Both the position numbers and the translations under genes were made by a program. Below are positions 46,009 to 54,302 of a stretch of DNA of 64,000 nucleotides, in pieces. Positions within the stretch are counted from its first letter, which is position 1. The number at the start of each line of letters is the position of its first letter. The DNA is from an uncultured virus (IMG/VR IMGVR_UViG_3300042564_000716) (lineage: Duplodnaviria > Heunggongvirae > Uroviricota > Caudoviricetes): the IMG/VR virus record IMGVR_UViG_3300042564_000716; one strand, written 5' to 3'. The notes under the pieces were generated by a model. It saw only the letters and a program-made list of their open reading frames with translations. It was not told where the DNA came from and did not search any database.

Positions 46009-46611
46009 CTTTTAACCTTAAAACAATTGGAGAGAATCATGAGTGAGAACGCTTTCGATATGGTGCGCAAAATACGCCACCTTCCCGGCTTGAAACTGAC
46101 GGCAGTTATTGAGCCTCAACGCATCACCAAGCGCGTGAAGAACGCCGCGCAGAAGATGCTACGTACTGGTGTTCTAGCGAACGGGTACACCAGCAAGTCT
46201 CGTATGTTGGCTGAGCAGTTGTTAAGTGCCGCTGGCCTACAAGCCTCTGCAACCAACACAAAGTGGGGGGTTCGTATCTTTGATGCTGGCCAACTCACCG
46301 AGGATGATCGCGCGCAGATCGTAGAGTTTATCCAAGCTGCGCGGATGATCGAGCTGGCCAGTACGACCAGTAATAACTCGTACGTACACGACCGGTACAC
46401 AAGCCTAGTGAACCAGTTCAATAGACAGAGTGGCGGGCAGTTCGCGTTCAACATGTATCAGCCAGAACTGCAAGCACAGCTTACTGAGCTGGTGGCCGCA
46501 CGTCGCACCCCCGAGCAGGTCAAGGCACACGAGGCACTGGCCGACAGGCTCGACAGTACTGAACCCATCCACATCAACTTTTAACCTTAAAACAATTGGA
46601 GAGAATCATGA
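46007..46611 (+). repeat. 36-bp perfect direct repeat (46007-46042 and 46576-46611)
   Basis: AACTTTTAACCTTAAAACAATTGGAGAGAATCATGA occurs twice. Confidence 0.95.
46039..46584 (+). CDS. Hypothetical protein flanked by the direct repeat
   Basis: ATG lies in repeat 1 and the stop in repeat 2. Confidence 0.8.
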   Translation: MSENAFDMVRKIRHLPGLKLTAVIEPQRITKRVKNAAQKMLRTGVLANGYTSKSRMLAEQLLSAAGLQASATNTKWGVRIFDAGQLTEDDRAQIVEFIQAARMIELASTTSNNSYVHDRYTSLVNQFNRQSGGQFAFNMYQPELQAQLTELVAARRTPEQVKAHEALADRLDSTEPIHINF

Positions 46612-47810
46612 ACGTACAAGATCGCATCAAGCGAGCACACATCAGCATCATGCAGCACAAGAAGTTCTGTGCTTACTCAGGCGTGCTGGCCTGTGGCAAG
46701 GTCACTGTGGGGGACGGTGTACCCACGGCGGCGACCGATGGCTGGAACGTCATCTACAACCCCAAGTTCGTCGAGGAGCATGCCAAGACTGACCCCGAGC
46801 TGCGCTTCCTCGTACTGCATGAGGCAACGCACAAAGCCTATCGGCACATGGTCACATGGCGTGCACTGCACGAAGAAAACCCACGGCTTGCCAACATCGC
46901 GGCCGACTACTTCGTCAACCTGAACCTGCAGGACACAGACGATGGTGAGGGCTTCGTCCAGATGCTCAAGATCGGCGTACCGCCCGAGGCCAAGTATCGC
47001 GGCTGGTCTGTGCAGATGATCTTCGCCGACCTCAAGAAACAGCAACAACAGCAGGAAGACGGCAGCGGTGGGGGTGGCGGCGACAACCCAGATGACCCCG
47101 ATGACGGCGCAGGGTTCGACGAGCATGATTGGGACGGCAACCCAACCAACGGCGACCCTGCCAAAGAGCAAGAGCAAGCCAACGAGATTCAACGCGCCAT
47201 TCGCCAAGGTGAAATCCTGCGCAAGAAGCTGGCGGGTAAGGGTGCTGGTCAGTCCGATGGTGTGTTCGGTGACCTCATGACGCCCAAGATCGACTGGAAG
47301 AAAGTGCTGCGGGAGTTCATCACCGAGACCTGCGCGGGGCGTGACGAGTCCTCATGGCGCAAGCCCAACAGGCGCTACCTCGGCATGGACATCTACATGC
47401 CCTCTATGGTCGGCACCACTATGACGGAGCTGGTAATCGGCTTCGACACATCGGGCTCGATCTTTGGCGGCGACGAGATGACGCGCTTCGTGTCTGAGAT
47501 TAAGACCATCGTTGAGGACGTCAAGCCAAGCAAGGTGCATGTGATCTATTGGGACACCGAGGTGGCAGGACATCAGACGTTCGAGGATGGTCAGTTCGCT
47601 GTGCAAGACCTGCGCATCAAGGGCGGTGGCGGCACGGACGGTTCGGTGTTGTTTGACTACCTGCGAGACAAGAACATCAACCCTCAAGCCATTGTGCAGT
47701 TCACCGATGGCTATGTCGGTAGCTGGGGCCGCACTGATGTGCCCACACTGTGGGCTGTGACATCTGATCTGCAAGCTCCGTTTGGCACGACGATTCGTGT
47801 CGAGGTCTGA
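46608..47810 (+). CDS. Metallopeptidase-like (HExxH) plus vWA domain protein, DUF2201-like
   Basis: TAATDG, LHEATH, NIAADY.VN, MIDAS DTSGS, GGGGTD, FTDGY. Confidence 0.88.
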   Translation: MNVQDRIKRAHISIMQHKKFCAYSGVLACGKVTVGDGVPTAATDGWNVIYNPKFVEEHAKTDPELRFLVLHEATHKAYRHMVTWRALHEENPRLANIAADYFVNLNLQDTDDGEGFVQMLKIGVPPEAKYRGWSVQMIFADLKKQQQQQEDGSGGGGGDNPDDPDDGAGFDEHDWDGNPTNGDPAKEQEQANEIQRAIRQGEILRKKLAGKGAGQSDGVFGDLMTPKIDWKKVLREFITETCAGRDESSWRKPNRRYLGMDIYMPSMVGTTMTELVIGFDTSGSIFGGDEMTRFVSEIKTIVEDVKPSKVHVIYWDTEVAGHQTFEDGQFAVQDLRIKGGGGTDGSVLFDYLRDKNINPQAIVQFTDGYVGSWGRTDVPTLWAVTSDLQAPFGTTIRVEV

Positions 47811-47836
47811 AACTTTTAAGGTTAAAGGAATTCATC

Positions 47837-48235
47837 ATGGGATACAGATCAAATTTAATGGTGCTCATCTACCCCGATATACAAAACCCCAGCGAGGAGC
47901 AGCCGCTGTACGACCAGCTCAAGGTGCTGATGGCTACGACGTTCAAAGATGTGTCCGAGGAGTTTGGTGGGTACATGACGTGGATCGACGCCGACCATGT
48001 GCTGAAGTTCACGCTCGACGATGTGAAGTGGTATCCGAGTTATGGGGATGTGCAGATGTTCGAGAATATGCTGGAGGCGTTCAAGGGCAGCGGCGATGAC
48101 GACGAGGACATCAAGGGTTACTGCACAGAGTTCGTACGTGTTGGTGAGGACACTGATGACGTGGAGGAAGTGCACACCGGGCACAACAACCACTACTACC
48201 TGCAGGTGCGCAGGACTATCGAAAGTAACGTATGA
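47837..48235 (+). CDS. Acidic hypothetical protein
   Basis: MGYRS...DVKWY...FVRVGEDTDDVE. Confidence 0.75.
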   Translation: MGYRSNLMVLIYPDIQNPSEEQPLYDQLKVLMATTFKDVSEEFGGYMTWIDADHVLKFTLDDVKWYPSYGDVQMFENMLEAFKGSGDDDEDIKGYCTEFVRVGEDTDDVEEVHTGHNNHYYLQVRRTIESNV

Positions 48236-48537
48236 CCATCGACGACTTCGAGTGGGTTGAAGAAGGGTTTGACAGCTACGCCCTCGCCCACAAGACACGC
48301 GAGATGACCATCGCTGTCATCAAAAACTTCAACGGGTGGTACATACATGCGCTGAAAGTCCCGACGGGTGTTGCGAAGATCGCTGAGCACCTCGACAACT
48401 TCGAAGCGGCGAAAGTCATCGCCACAATTTACGTTAGCCAAAACATGGAGAACTTTCCTGATGTCAAAAATTACCGCACAAGAGCTCTCAGAGCAGGACC
48501 CCAAAAGATTCCGCGAGGAGTATTTAAAGTGGACTGA
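48232..48537 (+). CDS. Small early protein (FEAAK family)
   Basis: ATGA overlap with the previous gene. Confidence 0.6.
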   Translation: MTIDDFEWVEEGFDSYALAHKTREMTIAVIKNFNGWYIHALKVPTGVAKIAEHLDNFEAAKVIATIYVSQNMENFPDVKNYRTRALRAGPQKIPRGVFKVD

Positions 48538-49069
48538 GTACGCCTGTGACCACGAATGGTGGGACTACATGGAGGAGACCTTCAAGAGCGACATGTCCCT
48601 CAAGGGTGTCTCCGTCACGCACATCTACTTCAGCGTGTCGTACAGCCAGAGCGACTACGCATCGTTCGAGGGGAGTATCAGCGTGGACGAGTGGATGGCG
48701 TACAAGGGCTACGACGAAACGTACCCGGCCCTGTATCTGGCGGCTGTGGACTACTGCGAGTTTGCCAGTGTGTCCGACCGTAGCCGAGGTAGCTGGCCGC
48801 GAGTGAACCTAGAGGGCGGTACTGTAGGCAACACACCCCCTACGGGTATCTTTGCTGGGCTTGATACCGAGGCATGGGATGAGTTGATCGAGGAGCAGTA
48901 CAGCTCTGCAGGGCTTGAAGATGAGATGCAGTCGTTTGTCGAAGACGAGTGCCGCAAGCTGTACCGTGACTTGCGTGATGAGTACGAGCACCTGACGAGT
49001 GAGGAATCGTTTATCGAGTCGTGCGAATGCAACGACGTAACTTTTGAAACTGAGGAGTGTGAAGCATGA
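48461..49069 (+). CDS. Very acidic protein (start MSKITAQ)
   Basis: Asp/Glu-rich throughout; YFSVSYSQSDYASFEG...LYRDLRDEYEHLTSEE. Confidence 0.75.
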   Translation: MSKITAQELSEQDPKRFREEYLKWTEYACDHEWWDYMEETFKSDMSLKGVSVTHIYFSVSYSQSDYASFEGSISVDEWMAYKGYDETYPALYLAAVDYCEFASVSDRSRGSWPRVNLEGGTVGNTPPTGIFAGLDTEAWDELIEEQYSSAGLEDEMQSFVEDECRKLYRDLRDEYEHLTSEESFIESCECNDVTFETEECEA

Positions 49070-49323
49070 GATATCAAGTAACTGTCAGCGGCAAAACTAT
49101 CTTGTTAACCCAGCACCAACTGGAAATTCTGATGACCGCAGTGCAAGACGCAGAGCAGATCGGAGAGCAACACGTAGGCAACGGCAAGGGGTCGCAGGGC
49201 TATCAAAAAGCCTACGTACCCACTATTGAGACCAAGCAACCACACGAATGGCTGTCAGTGTTTGTCGTTGCTGACGACTTCGTTGATGCCACCAAACTGG
49301 CAATGAAACTTACCACCGAATAA
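49066..49323 (+). CDS. Small hypothetical protein
   Basis: GAGGAG upstream and ATGA overlap. Confidence 0.7.
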   Translation: MRYQVTVSGKTILLTQHQLEILMTAVQDAEQIGEQHVGNGKGSQGYQKAYVPTIETKQPHEWLSVFVVADDFVDATKLAMKLTTE

Positions 49324-49341
49324 CTTTTAAGGTTAAAAGAA

Positions 49342-50262
49342 ATGAACTACATCACTGACACCCAACCCAGCACCGTAGCCGGTGTTGCTCGCTCCGCCAT
49401 GATGGTGGACCTGCACATCTCCGTGTACTCGGGGCGCAAGCAGGACAAGACCACGCAAGGCGAGGTCACCACGGCCAAGGGCTCCGGCTCGAAGAAGGCT
49501 GCGTCCGTGTACAAGAACTTGTTTGCTGAGTGCAAAGAACTCGACGACTTGACCAAGTTCCAAGCCCGGGCCCGCGCTGAGCACTACCGCCTGACACTGC
49601 CGTGGAATGACCAAGGCGCACGGCTGTTACCCACTGCGTCACTGCTGGAGTACCAGCAGACCATGGGCCGGTATCGCAACGAGTTCGAGCGACTGGTGGA
49701 CGCGTTCCTTGACAAGTACGACACGCTGGTTGCGGCCGCTGCGTTTCAGCTCGGCACGCTGTTCGATCGCCAAGAGTACCTGTCCCGCGCTCAGGTGGCG
49801 CTGCGCTTTCGTATGGAGTCGAGCTTCACACCACTGCCTACCTCGGGTGACTTCCGCCTTGACGTGGAGAGCTCAGTGCAGCGTGATCTGGTCGAGCAGT
49901 ACGAGCGCCGCATGGAGGCCAAGCTGGCACAGGCTAACCAAGACTCGTGGAGTCGCTTGCACGAAGCCCTACTGCGTTTGTCTGATCGGCTGATCGTCGA
50001 TGAGGATGGCAAGAAGCGCAAGTTTCACGACACGATGGTGACAGGTGCACTGGAGCTGTGTGACCTGCTGACCGTGATGAACGTCACCAAAGACCCGCAG
50101 CTTGAGTCAGCGCGCCGTAAGGTTGAGGAGGTATTGTCCGGTGTAACACCAAAGGAATTGCGAGATGAAGACAGCACACGTATCCAAACCAAGCAGAGAG
50201 TCGATGCCATCCTCGACGCCTTCGACTGGGGAGACACACCAGATGAGATCGTGGAGGTTTAA
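49342..50262 (+). CDS. Helical protein, DUF3150-like
   Basis: HYRLTLPW...GARLLP...NVTKDPQLE; this type usually accompanies AAA/vWA pairs. Confidence 0.65.
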   Translation: MNYITDTQPSTVAGVARSAMMVDLHISVYSGRKQDKTTQGEVTTAKGSGSKKAASVYKNLFAECKELDDLTKFQARARAEHYRLTLPWNDQGARLLPTASLLEYQQTMGRYRNEFERLVDAFLDKYDTLVAAAAFQLGTLFDRQEYLSRAQVALRFRMESSFTPLPTSGDFRLDVESSVQRDLVEQYERRMEAKLAQANQDSWSRLHEALLRLSDRLIVDEDGKKRKFHDTMVTGALELCDLLTVMNVTKDPQLESARRKVEEVLSGVTPKELRDEDSTRIQTKQRVDAILDAFDWGDTPDEIVEV

Positions 50263-50299
50263 AGATGCCGCACGCCAATACAGCAACACAAGAAAACAC

Positions 50300-50554
50300 A
50301 TGCAACAAACACACGAACGCGAATACAGATACGAAGAACGGTACGACGAGTACATGCTCAAGTGCTGGCATGACGGCGTTGAGACCTCATGGCGAGGGGG
50401 CATGGACTCACGGCCTAAATGGCTTGAGCGCATCCTTGTTACAGCAACGGTTGGAGGGCACCTCAAGCGTGTCGCCCAACCCCCGCCCGACGCCATCGTC
50501 TGGTTCACCACCGACCTCGACAACAACCTCTTAACTTTTTTGGAGCTTACATGA
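50300..50554 (+). CDS. Small hypothetical protein
   Basis: Fills the gap; the start is uncertain. Confidence 0.55.
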   Translation: MQQTHEREYRYEERYDEYMLKCWHDGVETSWRGGMDSRPKWLERILVTATVGGHLKRVAQPPPDAIVWFTTDLDNNLLTFLELT

Positions 50555-50715
50555 TCTACGACAACTTAACGGACAAAGAGCTGCTACGAGTAGCTGACGG
50601 CCAAGCAGGGCTTATCAAAGCCCTTGCCGAACGATTGGAGATGCGCTTGCGAGACATCGAAGATCAAAACAAATCCACCCCGGTCGAAGACGACCGTCAA
50701 CTTAAATTGTTTTAA
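50551..50715 (+). CDS. 54-aa protein ending in QLKLF (not in the ORF track)
   Basis: GGAG ribosome-binding site; MIYDNLTDKELLRVAD...EDDRQLKLF*. Confidence 0.75.
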   Translation: MIYDNLTDKELLRVADGQAGLIKALAERLEMRLRDIEDQNKSTPVEDDRQLKLF

Positions 50716-50727
50716 GGTTAAAAGTTT

Positions 50728-51249
50728 ATGCCCGATCTCAAATCTGAACTGAGCAAAGTGCTCAACGAATGGAATCCCTCGGAGACAACTATGACGCAAC
50801 CCGCAGCGCCCGCAGCCACGCCATACTTCACCATAAGCAACAACGTGTGCCGCACCACGTTTGCCTTCGTGCAAGACAACCCCGGCAAGACCCGTACAGA
50901 GGTGGCCAAGGCGCTGGCGCAACAAGGCTACAAGACCGGTTCTGTGTCCTCACTGCTGGGGCAGATGCTCAAGCAAGGCATGTTGCGCGAGAGTGCACAC
51001 CTGCTGTACGCCAGACAAGACGAGTACACCCCGTTGAAATCAACCAAGGCACTCAAGGCGATGTCTGAGAAGCCTCAAGAACAACAGCGCAAGATCGTCA
51101 AGATTGTCAACCCCAACACAGGGAAAGTGCTCAACCCAACACTTGCACCCGTAGAAAAAGAGTGGTCACCGAACGATGTGATCGACAAGCTGACGGTGCA
51201 CCAAGCACTCGCACTGTTCAAAGAGTTACGTAACATTTTGGTGGGGTGA
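50728..51249 (+). CDS. Winged-helix DNA-binding protein
   Basis: NPGKTRTEVAKAL...SVSSLLGQMLKQGML. Confidence 0.7.
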   Translation: MPDLKSELSKVLNEWNPSETTMTQPAAPAATPYFTISNNVCRTTFAFVQDNPGKTRTEVAKALAQQGYKTGSVSSLLGQMLKQGMLRESAHLLYARQDEYTPLKSTKALKAMSEKPQEQQRKIVKIVNPNTGKVLNPTLAPVEKEWSPNDVIDKLTVHQALALFKELRNILVG

Positions 51250-51341
51250 AGCATGAATACATGCAAACACATGTGGGAGCCCATCATTGGGCCGGGAATG
51301 TACAGGTGCGCCCGATGCGGTGCGTTTAGGAGGATCATCAA

Positions 51342-51563
51342 ATGAGCAACACAAACACAGGTGGGCCAGCGTTTCCATTTGTATGTGACGCTGACTTTGA
51401 CTACGGCACAGGCATGACCATGAGGGACTACTTTGCAGCCAAGGCGATGCAGGGTCTTGTGGAGCGCAATAAAAATCTTGACCTTACACCACACGAAGCC
51501 TGCGTCACGTCCGTATTTGCCTATCAAATGGCAGATGCAATGCTGAAAGCGAGGGAAGCATGA
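51342..51563 (+). CDS. Small conserved phage protein
   Basis: GGPAFP...GMTMRDYFAAKAMQG...AYQMADAMLKAR. Confidence 0.85.
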   Translation: MSNTNTGGPAFPFVCDADFDYGTGMTMRDYFAAKAMQGLVERNKNLDLTPHEACVTSVFAYQMADAMLKAREA

Positions 51564-51666
51564 AACTAAAAACAATCCTGATCGGCGGGGCTGTTGCCTC
51601 TGCCGTGGTGTCCATCACCCTGATGTGGGGTGTGTGGACGGGTATTGCTTATTTGATGGAGGCTGT

Positions 51667-51870
51667 ATGAGAGATGTGATTGAGATGGCCCGTGAAGTCA
51701 AGATGCCCTATGACTTTGTAACTGGTGAGCCAATCTACCTTGAAAAGTTGAAAGACTTTGAAGCCCTTGTCCGTGCTGATGAGCGTGAGGTGGTTGAGGA
51801 TTTGCTGAAGGAATATGACATGGTTAACTCGGCATTTGCCAAAGATTTCCGAAACAGGGGTGACAAATGA
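51667..51870 (+). CDS. Small hypothetical protein (paralog of the next gene)
   Basis: IEMARE...FEALVRADERE. Confidence 0.7.
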   Translation: MRDVIEMAREVKMPYDFVTGEPIYLEKLKDFEALVRADEREVVEDLLKEYDMVNSAFAKDFRNRGDK

Positions 51871-52181
51871 AAACCACGATAGACATGGCCCGTGAGGCTG
51901 GCTTCCCGTTTAACAAGTACGGATTGCTGCAGGGTGACGATGGCGGTGAAATTGATGCCGACAAGATGTTCGAAGCCTTCGCCGCCCTTGTCCGTGCTGG
52001 TGAGCGCGAAGAATTTCAACGGTGGTTTGATGCTGTGACAGCGCAGCACAAGCAATTAATTCTTGCCGAGCGTGAGGCGTGTGCAAAGGTGTGTGATGCC
52101 CGATACATGGGTGACAACAATCGTGAAGACACGGAGTCAAGGAGATGCGCCGAAGCAATCCGAGCAAGGGGAAACACATGA
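51867..52181 (+). CDS. Small hypothetical protein
   Basis: IDMAREAG...FAALVRAGERE...EREACAKVCD. Confidence 0.75.
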   Translation: MKTTIDMAREAGFPFNKYGLLQGDDGGEIDADKMFEAFAALVRAGEREEFQRWFDAVTAQHKQLILAEREACAKVCDARYMGDNNREDTESRRCAEAIRARGNT

Positions 52182-52696
52182 AAGCACAGCCAACAACAAA
52201 ACAACTTATTGAGATGCTGTATGAGCGACTGCCTGAATTGTTTGACCGAGCCAAAGCACAGCCAGCACCTGTGCAGCCTGTGGCGTGGGTCCCCGTAACT
52301 GAGACATTGCTGCACGAACAGCACGCTTGGCTTTACGAGACAATGTGGATTGCCATGAAAGATGGCCGAGTGTTGAAGGGCCGCTATGAGTGGAGGCAGG
52401 GCCGCAAACCTGATCGTTTTTATTCCGATGGTGCTGGCGATGAATGGGCTTATGCCGCATCTCATGTCATGCCGCTGCAAGCACCCGCGCACCCAAGCAC
52501 CACCCCACCCGCAGCACAACCAGCACCTGCGCCAATGGCGCACATCGTGGGTGAGATTGACCACAATGGCAAAGTGTGGACACCCGCACAGCCAGCCGTG
52601 CCTGATGCGTTTGGAACGCGAGAGGGTGAGCATCCCCAATACATCCAAGGCTGGAACGACTGCCGGGCAGAAACTTTAAAGATGAGGAAGCCATGA
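52178..52696 (+). CDS. Mosaic hypothetical protein with AQPA repeats
   Basis: QPVAW...YIQGWNDCRA modules; ATGA overlap. Confidence 0.65.
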   Translation: MKAQPTTKQLIEMLYERLPELFDRAKAQPAPVQPVAWVPVTETLLHEQHAWLYETMWIAMKDGRVLKGRYEWRQGRKPDRFYSDGAGDEWAYAASHVMPLQAPAHPSTTPPAAQPAPAPMAHIVGEIDHNGKVWTPAQPAVPDAFGTREGEHPQYIQGWNDCRAETLKMRKP

Positions 52697-52860
52697 CAAA
52701 AGAAGAAGCCCTCGCAGCCATCAAGCTGCTGTCCGCACTGGAGTCGTGGAGCTTCAGCTTAAAACAGACCATACCCGACTACCTGCACGAAGACCTTTGC
52801 AGGTCAATGGAAGTGCTGGAGAAGATTGTTTTGGAGCAACAAAGAAATGCGCAAGCGTAG
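52693..52860 (+). CDS. 55-aa hypothetical protein (not in the ORF track)
   Basis: GAGGA ribosome-binding site; MTKEEALAAIKLLSALESW. Confidence 0.65.
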   Translation: MTKEEALAAIKLLSALESWSFSLKQTIPDYLHEDLCRSMEVLEKIVLEQQRNAQA

Positions 52861-53329
52861 CAAGTACAAACCCAAGGGCGTACGCCTTGACAACATGGCG
52901 TGGGTGCAGTCGGGCCTTCGCCGAGTTGAGGACGTTAGCGAGAGCGCCACGATCAAGATCAGGAACCACGACGCGATGAACACCTTGCGGCTGGGCACTG
53001 CGACGAGAGCAGAGATTGACATCATCATCAGCGCGCTTAACGTGGCTGAAGCACTGGCCGACAGGGGGTGGGGCAAAGACTGGAAGCCGGAGATTCGCAC
53101 GGGCCAAGACGCATTGCTTGCGCTGGCTAAGCGAGGTGTGGCCAACTCCATGCGGTTTATTGTCAAGGGTGAAGAACTCAAGGCACTGAACCTGTGCATG
53201 GAGGTGCATGACGCGCAGCTTGAAGCTGTCACTGTGCGCGAATTAGAGCTTGCCATGGACGACGTAATAGCGGCCCAGCGTTTAAAGAAGATGCGGCATA
53301 TTGTGGAGACTCCCCATGCTGGTGTCTGA
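52847..53329 (+). CDS. Hypothetical protein (start MRKRSKYKPK)
   Basis: GGAG ribosome-binding site; helical pattern. Confidence 0.7.
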   Translation: MRKRSKYKPKGVRLDNMAWVQSGLRRVEDVSESATIKIRNHDAMNTLRLGTATRAEIDIIISALNVAEALADRGWGKDWKPEIRTGQDALLALAKRGVANSMRFIVKGEELKALNLCMEVHDAQLEAVTVRELELAMDDVIAAQRLKKMRHIVETPHAGV

Positions 53330-53606
53330 TCTTGTCCAGTACGACTCCGTACTAAACTGTTTTGTTTTGAAAGCTCCTATGTATAAGCAACCCACATGGC
53401 CCGACGGCACAATCAAGTCCATGAACAACGTGTTCAACTGGCGCGCGGGCACCACGGACTCTTCATCCTTAAAACCCAAGGCAACCAATGGCAGATCAAA
53501 AGACCTCAACTCCACTGGCAACATCAACACGTACAGCAAAGCCAGCGTCACTCGTATCCCCTACGGTCGAACTAAAAAGCTTGAAAACTATTCGGCCAAA
53601 ATATGA
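53316..53606 (+). CDS. Hypothetical protein
   Basis: GGAG upstream of the ATG; fills the gap. Confidence 0.5.
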   Translation: MLVSDLVQYDSVLNCFVLKAPMYKQPTWPDGTIKSMNNVFNWRAGTTDSSSLKPKATNGRSKDLNSTGNINTYSKASVTRIPYGRTKKLENYSAKI

Positions 53607-53662
53607 TTCGACGTGGCCCTTCCGCGTCGTTTACGGCACTATCCCAACCATGAAAGAAAACC

Positions 53663-53917
53663 ATGCAGCAAATTGAAATGTTCCCCGATTTGGAAACCAG
53701 CGCCGACGACATACAGGTCAGCGGCAACCACTACAAGGATATGCCCATCCAACCTTGGCACATCATGGAGGCCGTGCTGACAAACGAGGAGTTTGTTGGG
53801 TTTCTTAAAGGCAACGTGATTAAGTACAGCCTGCGGGCTGGGCGCAAGGACGGCACCGATGACGCTGGCAAGGCCAAGCACTACATGCAGAAGCTCAAAG
53901 AAGTTCGGGGGTACTGA
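53663..53917 (+). CDS. DUF3310 (SaV-like) protein
   Basis: QVSGNHYK...GFLKGNVIKYSLRAGRK...DAGKAKHY. Confidence 0.85.
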   Translation: MQQIEMFPDLETSADDIQVSGNHYKDMPIQPWHIMEAVLTNEEFVGFLKGNVIKYSLRAGRKDGTDDAGKAKHYMQKLKEVRGY

Positions 53918-53918
53918 G

Positions 53919-54302
53919 ATGGCAACGCCTGAAGCAAAAGTCAAGAAGTACATCCATGCGCTGCTCAAGGCGCATGGGGCCTACGCCGTCAACTACATTG
54001 GTGGGGTCAGTGCCAACAACGGAACGCCGGACATCCTTGCGTGTCTCAACGGGCGGTTCATCGGCATCGAAGCCAAGGCTGGTAAGAACAAGCCCACCGA
54101 CCTGCAAACTATTAACCTTAAAAGAATTGACGAAGCTGGTGGCCTTGCACTGGTCATCAACGAAACATGTCTTGTTACTTTGGAGTTAATGTTACGTGAC
54201 CCAATCCAAGCCCGATCCAATTACCACCTTTTTGCAAAACCACTCACCGAAGCTGACGGTGGAGCAAAAGCGCCAGCTAAACGCAAACCTAAAGAGGCGT
54301 GA
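53919..54302 (+). CDS. VRR-NUC nuclease / Holliday-junction resolvase-like
   Basis: TPEAKVK...GTPDI...FIGIEAKA...PTDLQ...GGLALVIN. Confidence 0.88.
   Translation: MATPEAKVKKYIHALLKAHGAYAVNYIGGVSANNGTPDILACLNGRFIGIEAKAGKNKPTDLQTINLKRIDEAGGLALVINETCLVTLELMLRDPIQARSNYHLFAKPLTEADGGAKAPAKRKPKEA

Larger units (their letters stand above)
39106..54123. repeat. Dispersed 14-bp palindrome TTTTAA-NN-TTAAAA, about 17 copies
   Basis: Copies start at 39106, 39770, 40205, 40459, 41386, 41987, 42513, 43478, 43905, 44684, 45792, 46010, 46579, 47814, 49325, 50710 and (degenerate) 54110. Confidence 0.95.

Noticed and set aside
39106..50723. Palindrome series read as a CRISPR array or integron attC array
   Set aside because: The repeats are only 14 bp with gene-sized irregular spacing; there is no cas operon, no attC R/L box structure and no integrase in the window.
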